Shown: one piece after another, positions 16,755 through 24,994 of the stretch
Numbering within the stretch: the stretch's first letter is position 1
How the letters are laid out: each line of letters begins with the position of its first letter
Assembly: GCA_964495235.1 (NCBI GenBank)
Contig: CAZBVD010000003.1
Coordinates: forward strand, 1 to 24,994
Source: an uncultured Dysgonomonadaceae bacterium
Lineage (GTDB): Bacteria; Bacteroidota; Bacteroidia; Bacteroidales; Dysgonomonadaceae
Direction: 5' to 3'
DNA length: 24,994 nucleotides
Notes under the pieces: generated by a model
Database searches by the model: none
Told to the model about the DNA's origin: nothing
What the model saw: the letters and a program-made list of their open reading frames with translations, nothing else
Made by a program: the position numbers and the translations under genes

Positions 16755-18089
16755 ATGATTGAAAAAAGAATAAAGTTTGCCTCTAAGTTAGGCCTTATAG
16801 CAGCGGCTGCTGGTTCGGCTGTGGGGTTGGGTAATATATGGCGATTTCCTAGTCAAGTAGCCGATGGGGGTGGAGCACTGTTTATACTTCTCTATGTTGC
16901 TTGCATTCTCTTTTTTGGAATACCATTGATGATGGGCGAGTTTATTATTGGTCGCTCGGGTAGGGCCAATGGCTCGGGGGCTTTTGAGAAACTTGCGCCA
17001 GGCACTTCGTGGAAGTGGGTTGGCAGATTGGGAATACTCACCGCTTTCTTAATCCTAGGCTTCTACATGGTAGTGTGTGGATGGACCATGGAGTATATTA
17101 TGCAAAGCGTGTCGGGACAATTGATGGCGGCCGATAGTTTTGCCAATAACTTTGACTCGCTGCTCAATAACTCTACTCGCCAAATTACCTGGATGCTCAT
17201 CTTTACAGTGCTCACTGCATTCTTTATTCTTTCAGGAGTGAAACGAGGCATTGAGCAATCGGCAAAGATATTAATGCCTGTTCTCTTCTTGATATTAATT
17301 ATATTGGGTATTCGTTCTATTACCCTTAGTGGCTCGGCCCAGGGGTTGGTTTTTCTTTTCAAACCCAATATAGATTCTATAAAGTCAACTGTTTTTTTAG
17401 ATGCTATGGGGCAGGCATTCTTCTCACTCTCTATTGGGATGGGGGCTATGACTACATATGGCTCTTATTTTCGCGACGACTCTAACTTGCGCCAAACTGC
17501 AGTGCAGGTTTCAGTGCTTGATGGCTTGGTTTCTATCTTGGCGGGTATTGTTATATTTCCCGCTGCTTTTGCTTTAACACAAACCCCCGATACCATTGTA
17601 TCGTCTCTTGTAGCAGGAGGTCCGGGCCTTTTGTTTATCACCATTCCTGAGCTGTTTAATCATCTCCCTCTTTCTAGCCTGTGGTCAACTCTATTCTTTG
17701 TGTTATTGGCTGTAGCAGCGCTCACATCCACTATTTCGCTTATGGAGGTAGTCACCTCTTATTTACACGAAGAGTTTGATATGTTGCGACGAAATGCAGT
17801 AACATTAGTAGCAATGGGTGTGGCCGTGTTAGGAGTTGTATCTTCTATGTCGCCACAGTTTTTCAACATACTCGATTATTCTACTGCTAAAATAATGTTG
17901 CCTTTGAGTGGGCTCTTCATCTCCATATTTATTGGGTGGTATTTAGACAGACGTATAACTGCTACACAGCTCACTAATGATGGAACACTCACTGTATCTG
18001 TGCAATTTATTAAACTCTATATCTTTATTCTTAAATATGTAGCACCTGTAGCTATTGTGGTCATATTTGTGTATGGTATTTTGTTTTAG
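16755..18089 (+). CDS. Sodium-dependent transporter, NSS/SNF (LeuT-like) family
   Basis: AAGSAVGLGNIWRFP, GQAFFSLSIGMG, GPGLLFITIP, AALTSTISLMEV; multiple TM segments. Confidence 0.95.
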   Translation: MIEKRIKFASKLGLIAAAAGSAVGLGNIWRFPSQVADGGGALFILLYVACILFFGIPLMMGEFIIGRSGRANGSGAFEKLAPGTSWKWVGRLGILTAFLILGFYMVVCGWTMEYIMQSVSGQLMAADSFANNFDSLLNNSTRQITWMLIFTVLTAFFILSGVKRGIEQSAKILMPVLFLILIILGIRSITLSGSAQGLVFLFKPNIDSIKSTVFLDAMGQAFFSLSIGMGAMTTYGSYFRDDSNLRQTAVQVSVLDGLVSILAGIVIFPAAFALTQTPDTIVSSLVAGGPGLLFITIPELFNHLPLSSLWSTLFFVLLAVAALTSTISLMEVVTSYLHEEFDMLRRNAVTLVAMGVAVLGVVSSMSPQFFNILDYSTAKIMLPLSGLFISIFIGWYLDRRITATQLTNDGTLTVSVQFIKLYIFILKYVAPVAIVVIFVYGILF

Positions 18090-18096
18090 AGAAAAG

Positions 18097-18124
18097 TAAC
18101 AAGAAACCAGAGACAAGAGTCAAG
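18097..18124 (+). repeat. Four degenerate heptamers (taacaag aaaccag agacaag agtcaag)
   Basis: 7-nt periodicity starting just after the transporter stop codon; short and degenerate. Confidence 0.4.
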
Positions 18125-18197
18125 CTGTTGCCCATACTTAACAAAAAGCCTTTGATTTTTATTTCAAATAGTAGTACTTTTACAACAAAAATAGAGC

Positions 18198-19430
18198 ATG
18201 GCATACAAAATATACCCCCCTAATTCTTTATACAATACGGTAACACTTCCGGGTTCAAAAAGCATTAGCAATCGTGCGCTCATTCTTAATGCTTTAAGCT
18301 TGAGTAAATATGAAATCGATAATATATCGCTAAGCGAAGATACACGTGTAATAAAAGATGCATTTGCATCTAACACAAATGAGTTTGATGTGCGCGGGGC
18401 GGGAACAGCTATGCGTTTTTTAGCAGCCTTTTTGGCTTGTGTTGAAGGTGAGTGGATTTTGAAAGGGTCGGAACGCATGCACGAACGACCTATACACCCT
18501 TTGGTGGATACACTTATTTCACTTGGTGCAGAAATTGAATACCTTGGCAATAAAGGATATCCTCCTCTTAAAATAAAAGGTAGAAAACTAGAGGGTGGCG
18601 AAGTATATCTCTCGGCCAATATAAGCTCACAATTCATTTCAGGGCTTATGATGATAGCGCCTACTATGAAATTTGGGTTGACATTGCATCTTGAGCATGA
18701 GATTATTTCAAGACCATACATTCATCTTACCCAAAAAATGATGGAAGACTATGGTGTAAGCGTAAAATGGGAGGAGAAAACTATAAAGATAGACCCTCAG
18801 CCATACAAAGCAATTCCATACAGTGTTGAGGCTGATTGGTCGGCAGCATCTTACTGGTATTCGCTTGTAGCACTTATGCCAGAAGCAGAAGTGAAATTGA
18901 AAGGACTTAGAAAAGAAAGCTTACAAGGCGATGCCAATATCATTCATTTATTTGAAGATTTGGGGGTTTCAACTACTTTTGTTGAAGATGGAGTAGTGTT
19001 GAAGAAAAAAGAGAGTGCAAAAGGTAAGTTTTTTCACAATTTTATAAACGAACCCGATTTGGCACAAACTTTTGTGGTTACCTGCTGTTTACTGAAAAGG
19101 CCATTTTTCTTTAGCGGTTTACAAACGCTAAAGATAAAAGAGACAGATAGAATAGTGGCGTTGATAACTGAGCTTGAGAAGCTGGGCTATGTTTTAAAAG
19201 AAACCGAAAATGGAATATTGGAGTGGGATGGCGAGCGATGTCTCACAGATGAAACAGTTGTAATAAATACATACGACGATCATCGAATGGCCATGGCCTT
19301 TGCTCCAGTATCTATTAAATTTAAGGATTTATATATCAATAATCCCGAAGTCGTTGCAAAATCATACCCCTCTTTTTGGGAAGATCTGCAGCGAGGCGGA
19401 TTTAAGTTAAACGAAACAGATAATTTTTAA
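18198..19430 (+). CDS. aroA: 3-phosphoshikimate 1-carboxyvinyltransferase (EPSP synthase)
   Basis: LPGSKSISNR, AGTAMRFL, RMHERPI, SSQFISGLMM, KETDRI, TYDDHRMAMAF, KSYPSFW. Confidence 0.98.
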   Translation: MAYKIYPPNSLYNTVTLPGSKSISNRALILNALSLSKYEIDNISLSEDTRVIKDAFASNTNEFDVRGAGTAMRFLAAFLACVEGEWILKGSERMHERPIHPLVDTLISLGAEIEYLGNKGYPPLKIKGRKLEGGEVYLSANISSQFISGLMMIAPTMKFGLTLHLEHEIISRPYIHLTQKMMEDYGVSVKWEEKTIKIDPQPYKAIPYSVEADWSAASYWYSLVALMPEAEVKLKGLRKESLQGDANIIHLFEDLGVSTTFVEDGVVLKKKESAKGKFFHNFINEPDLAQTFVVTCCLLKRPFFFSGLQTLKIKETDRIVALITELEKLGYVLKETENGILEWDGERCLTDETVVINTYDDHRMAMAFAPVSIKFKDLYINNPEVVAKSYPSFWEDLQRGGFKLNETDNF

Positions 19431-19433
19431 GAT

Positions 19434-19847
19434 ATGAAAAGTCTACTTGTTTTTATAGGAATCGTTGTTGTATTTGCAATAGCAACGTATGTTTGGAATA
19501 CCATACAACGTTTAAAAGGTGTGCCCGAAGCCGACCCTGAAAAATATGTGCGACCCGAGGGTTGTTGCGGTGCTCATGCTGTGTGCGAACATCCAGCAGA
19601 TGAGTTGAACTCTAAGCCCGAGTATTTTGATGATGAAGAACTTGATCGTTTTGAGCGAAAGCCTTCGCATGAGTACTCCGATGAAGAGGCCGATGAGTTT
19701 AGAGATATTTTCTACACACTCATGGATGAAGAAAAAAATCTTTGGTTAAGAAGTTTACGCATGCGTCATATTAGCTTGCCTCAACAAGTAAAGAAAGAGA
19801 TGCTTGATAAGATGAAATCGCTTCCAAAAAAACATCAATCTGCATAG
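19434..19847 (+). CDS. Hypothetical membrane-anchored protein with CCGxHxxC motif and acidic domain
   Basis: N-terminal TM helix, GCCGAHAVCEH, EYFDDEELDRF. 3 nt from the aroA stop and 9 nt from the next start. Confidence 0.75.
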   Translation: MKSLLVFIGIVVVFAIATYVWNTIQRLKGVPEADPEKYVRPEGCCGAHAVCEHPADELNSKPEYFDDEELDRFERKPSHEYSDEEADEFRDIFYTLMDEEKNLWLRSLRMRHISLPQQVKKEMLDKMKSLPKKHQSA

Positions 19848-19856
19848 AACAACAAC

Positions 19857-20678
19857 ATGGATGTTATAGAACTTTTAAACTATGCCTTCTTTCGCAATGC
19901 GTTGTTGGGCAGTTTGCTTGCCAGTATTGCTTGTGGTATTATTGGCAGCTATGTGGTGGCAAGGCGCATGGTTTTTATTAGCGGAGGTATCACACATGCA
20001 TCGTTTGGTGGCATTGGTATAGGTTTTTTCTTTGGCTTTAATCCTATTCTGTCTGCTTTAGTTTTCTCTGTATTGTCTGCTTTTGGCATTCAATGGTTGT
20101 CTAAAAATCAGGATGTGCGCGAAGACACGGCTATTGGCGTGTTTTGGTCGTTGGGCATGGCATTGGGTATTATTCTTATATTCCTATCGCCGGGTTATGC
20201 ACCTAATCTATCCGAATATCTTTTTGGGAATATACTTACCATTAACCAAATGGATATTAGACTATTGGCAATGCTGAGCTTAGTGTTGATACTATTCTTC
20301 ACCTTTTCCTATCGTTCTATACTCAATGTTTCTTTCGATAAAGAGTTTGCTAAAACTCGAGGTCTTCCTGTAGTTTTTCTTGAGTACACCCTTATTATGT
20401 TGGTGGCAGTAACTATTGTGCTAAGCATTCGTTTGGTGGGTATAGTGTTGCTTATATCACTGTTGACAGTGCCGCAAATGACAGCCAATATCTTCACCAA
20501 TAGGTTCTCTAAAATAATGATTGGATCGGTAGCAATTAGTTTTGTGGGATGTGTAGCTGGCCTGCTACTGTCTTATTCTTTAAATGTTCCTTCTGGCGCA
20601 TTTATCATATTTGTGTTGATAGCGATATACATGTTGGCTAAGTTGGGGGTGTTTTTGCGGAAAACAGTTAAGAGTTAA
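19857..20678 (+). CDS. Metal (Zn/Mn) ABC transporter permease, ABC-3/ZnuB family
   Basis: GSYVVARRMVFISGGITHASFGG, EYLFGNILT, FDKEFAKTRG, SIRLVGIVLLISLLTVP, NVPSGAFII. Confidence 0.93.
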   Translation: MDVIELLNYAFFRNALLGSLLASIACGIIGSYVVARRMVFISGGITHASFGGIGIGFFFGFNPILSALVFSVLSAFGIQWLSKNQDVREDTAIGVFWSLGMALGIILIFLSPGYAPNLSEYLFGNILTINQMDIRLLAMLSLVLILFFTFSYRSILNVSFDKEFAKTRGLPVVFLEYTLIMLVAVTIVLSIRLVGIVLLISLLTVPQMTANIFTNRFSKIMIGSVAISFVGCVAGLLLSYSLNVPSGAFIIFVLIAIYMLAKLGVFLRKTVKS

Positions 20679-20706
20679 GAGTTAATAGTTAACAGTTAAT
20701 AGTTGA
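20665..20706 (+). repeat. Heptamer array (NAGTTAA)x6 overlapping the permease stop codon
   Basis: cagttaa gagttaa gagttaa tagttaa cagttaa tagttga. Confidence 0.9.
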
Positions 20707-20766
20707 AAGCCTTAGAGAGTAGGTTAAAGGTTTGCTACGGATTGTATGTTGAACTATGTATTTGTT

Positions 20767-21174
20767 TTATAGTAAACCTTTTAATTCATTGATCGTAAGT
20801 ATCTTTGTCCTTTTTATCTTTCCTATTTCCAACAAATCTTTGTCGCCAGTAACAAGATAATTAGCCTTACTATCTATTGCCAAGTTTAAAAGAAAATCAT
20901 CTTTGCTATCACGGCATAATTTAATGTTTGATGTAACATTAATTACAGTTCCTATATAGTAAAAAACACTGAGTAAGTTCTCTATGTCTTTATTTGTAAA
21001 ATATTTTGCAAACTTTGGTCGTGAAGAAACTGCTATGAATTCTTCTATTAATTCTTTAGAGAATATAAGCTTAACTCTTCCACTTTCCACAAATTCGTCT
21101 AAGAAAGACATGTTTTTAGTTATAAGAAAGCTAACCCATAAGTTTGTATCAAGAATTACTTTGCGACTTCTCAT
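20767..21174 (-). CDS. PIN-domain toxin (VapC-like putative TA toxin)
   Basis: VILDTNLWVS, KELIEE, CRDSKDDFLLNLA, VTGDKDLL: conserved acidic PIN residues. Confidence 0.9.
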   Translation of the reverse strand: MRSRKVILDTNLWVSFLITKNMSFLDEFVESGRVKLIFSKELIEEFIAVSSRPKFAKYFTNKDIENLLSVFYYIGTVINVTSNIKLCRDSKDDFLLNLAIDSKANYLVTGDKDLLEIGKIKRTKILTINELKGLL

Positions 21175-21379
21175 GTCTGTCTTTCCTAACCGATTCTACT
21201 TCTTTGGTAATCTCTTCTAATGATGGTGCATTCTCAGATTTACTTCTTAGTTTATCAAGTATTTCAGACAAGCCTGACTTAGTCTCCTCTTCAGTAATCT
21301 TTATCAATCCTATATCGGCTAAGTTTTTTAGTAAACGCTTAGCTTTTGGGTTTATTATTTCAACTCTTATTGATTCCAT
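21149..21379 (-). CDS. Putative antitoxin
   Basis: 76-aa ORF upstream of the PIN gene and overlapping it by 26 nt; acidic C-terminal helix (APSLEEITKEVESVR). Confidence 0.7.
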   Translation of the reverse strand: MESIRVEIINPKAKRLLKNLADIGLIKITEEETKSGLSEILDKLRSKSENAPSLEEITKEVESVRKDRHEKSQSNS

Positions 21380-21395
21380 CTTAATTTGTTTTTCT

Positions 21396-21403
21396 CAAAT
21401 ATA
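21396..21403 (-). promoter_or_regulatory. -7 element of the TA operon
   Basis: Minus-strand TATATTTG, 16 nt upstream of the antitoxin ATG. Confidence 0.45.
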
Positions 21404-21593
21404 CAATAAATATATAGAATTATGAATCTTAGAGGATTTATAAATGTATGTGTCAAAAAAAACAATCAGAACACCTATTATTACAAGTGAACCTTTAACT
21501 GATACGCAATTAACCATTTACCCAGTGTTTTAAAATCAAAGATTTTAAGGCGTGGCCGTATTCCATAGGGTTAACCATTAAGGGTAGTATTCA

Positions 21594-21782
21594 CTAATTT
21601 AAATAAGCAGTATAAGGGTCAACCTCTTCGTCTTCTTTCCAATCTTTTGACAAAGCACAACCAGTGCAACCTCCACAGTATCCGTTTTTATTCTCTACAA
21701 AGAAAAAACGATATATACCGCGCAGTAGTATTGCAGCTACAGCTATGCCAATGATTATTACTATAATTAGTTGTATGTCCAT
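21594..21782 (-). CDS. FeoB-associated Cys-rich membrane protein
   Basis: TM helix followed by CGGCTGC, 30 nt downstream of feoB. Confidence 0.88.
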   Translation of the reverse strand: MDIQLIIVIIIGIAVAAILLRGIYRFFFVENKNGYCGGCTGCALSKDWKEDEEVDPYTAYLN

Positions 21783-21812
21783 ATTATAAAAACAACTTTA
21801 AGTGTAAAATGT

Positions 21813-24287
21813 TTAGAACAGCATTCCAATTTGATAAGCCATAAATGCTATAACCCATGCAAGCAATGTGGTGTAAACAATGGTGAATAAGCCCCATTTC
21901 CACGACCCCGACTCTTCTTTAATAGCTACAATAGTAGCAATACACGGAAAGTAGATCAACACAAACAACATAATGGCAATAACAACACTGGTTGTAAACA
22001 CCGGTGTACCATCGCTATACTTTTCATTCTTTATGCGCGTTTGAAGCGATTCTTGTTTTTGTCCATCGCCAGGATAGAGCACTCCCAATGTGCTCACAAC
22101 AATCTCTTTAGCGGCCATTCCTGTAATAATGCTCACAGATATTTTCCAATCGAATCCTAACGGACGCATTACGGGTTCAATAAAATGGCCTATTTTGCCA
22201 ATATAAGAGTTCTCCTGATGTGCAGAAGTTCGCATAATCTCTATTCCAGATACAATGCTATCTTTTCTTTGTTCGGTTATCTTATTTTGTGAAAACAGCA
22301 GTGAGGTTTGTTCTATTTGCTCATCAAACACAACTTCTTTGTCGGCATTGCGAGGGAAATAGCCCAGAAACCATATTACAATAGAGGCAATAAGAATAAT
22401 GCCTCCCATTTTTTGTAAATACTGGCGCGATTTGTCCCACATATGTGTAACAGTAGATTTTACTGTGGGCATACGATAGGGCGGCAACTCCATTACAAAC
22501 GGAGTGTTCTCCTTTTTAAACAATGTTTTCCTAAACAGTTTCGACATTAGCACCGCTAATACAATTCCAAAGAAGTATATTGCAAATAGAGCCGTGCTTG
22601 CATGTTTAGGAAAGAAGGCACTCACAAAAAGAATGTAAATGGGCAGTCGGGCACTACAAGACATGAGCGGATTTATTAGCATTGTAATCATTCTGCTGCT
22701 ACGGCTCTCAATGGTGCGTGTAGCAAGAATGGCGGGAACATTGCAACCAAAACCCATAATAAGGGGGATAAACGATTTGCCATGAAGCCCTATCTTGTGC
22801 ATCACCTTGTCCATTATAAATGCAGCACGAGCCATATAGCCCGAATCCTCCATAAAGGAGATAAATGCATAGAGTATAACAATGTTTGGCAAGAACACAA
22901 TTACACCGCCAACTCCACCTATAATACCGTCAACTAATAAGTCCTTTAAAGGACCATCGGCCATATTGGCGCGAATAAAGTTACCTATCACTTGAACCAG
23001 TGCTTCAATCCACTCCATTGGGTAAGCACCAAGGGTGAATGTAGCCTCAAACATAACCCACATAAACACAAAGAAGAGCGGGAAACCAATAAACTTGTTG
23101 GTAACTATTGTATCTAAAATACGCGTAGTTTCTGACGATGTTGTTTTCTCTTCTAAAGTTTCGCGCAGTCCGCCTGCAATAAAACCATAGCGTGCATTGG
23201 TAAAGGCCGACTCGGGGTCTTCGCGCAATAGGTTCTCAATATAGTTGCGTTCTCTTTCAGCTCTTGCAAAAATGCTTTCGTGATTGTGAAGCGTTTTTAT
23301 ACTTTCTCTCACATCTGTGTCATTCTCCAACAGCTTTATGCACATATAGCGCAAAGGCATATTTAGGTGAGAAATATCAGACTCTGCAAACTGTTGCTTC
23401 AATCTGTAAATGGCTTTTTCTAAAACCCTACCATAAGAAATTTGCACATTGGTGCTCTCCTCTTTGGGTTCTGCTTCATGCATCTCAATAATTTTATCGA
23501 GCATGGCAGGTATTCCAAATCCGTTTTTACCAATGGTGGGGATGATAGGAATATTAATCATCCTAGACAATGATTCATAATCAAACTCTCTACCGCTCCC
23601 TTGCAGCTCATCATACATGTTGAGGGCAATAACCATGGGCACTTTAAGCTCCATTAGCTCTGTAGTAATATACATATTGCGTTCAAGCGATGAGGCCGAA
23701 ACCACATTTATAATTACATCGGGCTCTTCTTTAAGTATATGCTTTCTCACAAAAAGCTCTTCGGGTGTGTATGCCGATAAGGAATAAGTACCAGGCAAAT
23801 CCACCATTTTAATGGTGTAGCCTTTGTGTTTTACTTTGCCTTCTTTTGAGTCAACAGTTACACCACTATAATTACCCACATGCTGGTGAGAACCCGAAGC
23901 TTTATTAAATATAGAACTCTTTCCAGAGTTGGGATTGCCAACTAAGGCCACAGTTATTGTTTTGCTATCTTTTTTTATAGCTCGCTGTTTAGGTTTTGTT
24001 TTTACAAAGCTCTTTTTAGCATGTTCTTCCTCTGTTGCAGGTTCATATTCAGAAACGTCAGATTGCACCATAGATATCTCAATCATCACAGCCTCGCTAC
24101 GTCGCAGCGAAACCTCGTACTCCATAATCTGATATTTTATAGGGTCTTTAAGGGGTGCATTTAAAATAGATTTAACCTCTTGTCCACGTATAAAGCCCAT
24201 CTCTAGCAAACGTTTGCGAAAAGCACCGCTTCCGTTCACTTTTATAATGTAGGCTTTTTCACCTGTATGTAGTTCCGATAAACGCAT
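21813..24287 (-). CDS. feoB: Ferrous iron transporter FeoB with fused N-terminal FeoA domain
   Basis: FeoA (MRLSEL...RKRLLEMGF...APLKDPI...LRRSEA), G1 GNPNSGKS, GVTV, DLPGTYS, NMYD, gate motifs GFGCNVPA and MSCSARLP, YFPCIAT. Start taken at ATG 24287 rather than the ORF-track start at 24329. Confidence 0.97.
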   Translation of the reverse strand: MRLSELHTGEKAYIIKVNGSGAFRKRLLEMGFIRGQEVKSILNAPLKDPIKYQIMEYEVSLRRSEAVMIEISMVQSDVSEYEPATEEEHAKKSFVKTKPKQRAIKKDSKTITVALVGNPNSGKSSIFNKASGSHQHVGNYSGVTVDSKEGKVKHKGYTIKMVDLPGTYSLSAYTPEELFVRKHILKEEPDVIINVVSASSLERNMYITTELMELKVPMVIALNMYDELQGSGREFDYESLSRMINIPIIPTIGKNGFGIPAMLDKIIEMHEAEPKEESTNVQISYGRVLEKAIYRLKQQFAESDISHLNMPLRYMCIKLLENDTDVRESIKTLHNHESIFARAERERNYIENLLREDPESAFTNARYGFIAGGLRETLEEKTTSSETTRILDTIVTNKFIGFPLFFVFMWVMFEATFTLGAYPMEWIEALVQVIGNFIRANMADGPLKDLLVDGIIGGVGGVIVFLPNIVILYAFISFMEDSGYMARAAFIMDKVMHKIGLHGKSFIPLIMGFGCNVPAILATRTIESRSSRMITMLINPLMSCSARLPIYILFVSAFFPKHASTALFAIYFFGIVLAVLMSKLFRKTLFKKENTPFVMELPPYRMPTVKSTVTHMWDKSRQYLQKMGGIILIASIVIWFLGYFPRNADKEVVFDEQIEQTSLLFSQNKITEQRKDSIVSGIEIMRTSAHQENSYIGKIGHFIEPVMRPLGFDWKISVSIITGMAAKEIVVSTLGVLYPGDGQKQESLQTRIKNEKYSDGTPVFTTSVVIAIMLFVLIYFPCIATIVAIKEESGSWKWGLFTIVYTTLLAWVIAFMAYQIGMLF

Positions 24288-24688
24288 ATATGATATGATG
24301 GTTGAGTTCTGATGAAATAGCTCAAACACAATAACTGTGTAATTTTTTTGAAATACAAAGATGGCTATTTTTATTGAGTTTTGTGTGTGAAAAAGCTCTT
24401 TATTTACAACTGTTTTGAATAGTAGAAATGATGATATGCTATGCTGATTTAGTTTAACACGTTGTATTGCAGTTTGGTATGGTTTGTGTTTTGCTGTTTT
24501 GTTTTATTGCACATGTCGTTTTATTGCTTCTCTTTATATTTATTTGTTGATTTTTTTAAATGATTTATTGTGTGTTGATAGGAGGTGGTTTGTGATTTTG
24601 TTGTTTTTGTTTGGCTGATTGCTCTTGTTTTTTAACCACAGATTACACGGATTTCTTTTTCAAAGAATGTTTATTTTGATTGGTTTAA

Positions 24689-24933
24689 TGTTATCGAGAC
24701 GCGATAAATCGTCGTCTCTACAGCTGCTCAACTTTTAATTTACGGTTACTGAGCTTGTCGAAGTATTAACTCTTAACTCTTAACCTCTTAACTCTTAATT
24801 CTTAATTCTTTACTGTGTTTAATTGTTATCGAGACGCGATAAATCGACGTCTCTACAGCTGCTCAAACTTTTTACTTTTCACTCTTAACTCTTAACTCTT
24901 AACTCTTAATTCTTCATTCTTAACTCTTAACTC
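24689..24933 (-). repeat. Compound repeat: two 43-bp GTAG-type REP-like palindromes 135 bp apart, each preceded on the minus strand by a (GAGTTAA)n heptamer array
   Basis: 24689-24731 and 24824-24866 are 42/43 identical (minus strand ctGTAGAGACG(a/t)cgatttatcgCGTCTCgat). Heptamer arrays at 24766-24815 (6-7 units) and 24871-24933 (9 units). Confidence 0.9.
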
Positions 24934-24994
24934 TTCCACAATAAAACATCATTTAAGCACTCTGTTTTCTATTCGTCCTTTTTTCTTTGTATTT

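Noticed and set aside
815-24132. Shadow ORFs in the track (e.g. 815-1192, 2895-3149, 6748-7221, 13347-13784, 17063-17368, 18164-18721, 23264-23491)
   Set aside because: They overlap well-supported genes antisense or out of frame and have no recognisable motifs.
24288-24450. Fur box or promoter for feoAB
   Set aside because: Only a one-mismatch -7 element (CATCTTTG, minus strand) and no convincing palindrome; not supportable by eye.

Overview
AT-rich Bacteroidales-type chromosomal window. The taxon is inferred from the SusC/SusD, ECF-sigma/FecR and FeoA-FeoB fusion genes and from TAnnTTTG promoters. In order it holds: a 5'-truncated HExxH gluzincin-like peptidase gene with a terminator; a 41-bp hairpin tandem array; a ~10.6-kb AT-richer island (ECF sigma, FecR, SusC, SusD, metallopeptidase-like lipoprotein lacking HExxH, TlpA thioredoxin lipoprotein; no CAZyme, no integrase) bracketed by a 263-bp direct repeat (248/263 identical) that carries the cysS upstream region; cysS; a lone HUH/Y1 (IS200/IS605 TnpA-like) gene inside ~52-bp-period hairpin arrays; yaaA; an NSS transporter; aroA; a Cys/His membrane protein; a metal ABC permease; a PIN toxin-antitoxin pair; the feoAB operon; and a mosaic of small repeats at the right end. 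The best candidates for something undescribed are the TnpA-in-hairpin-array locus and the recombinase-free island bounded by a duplicated promoter region. All family assignments come from motif recognition by eye. No database searches were run.
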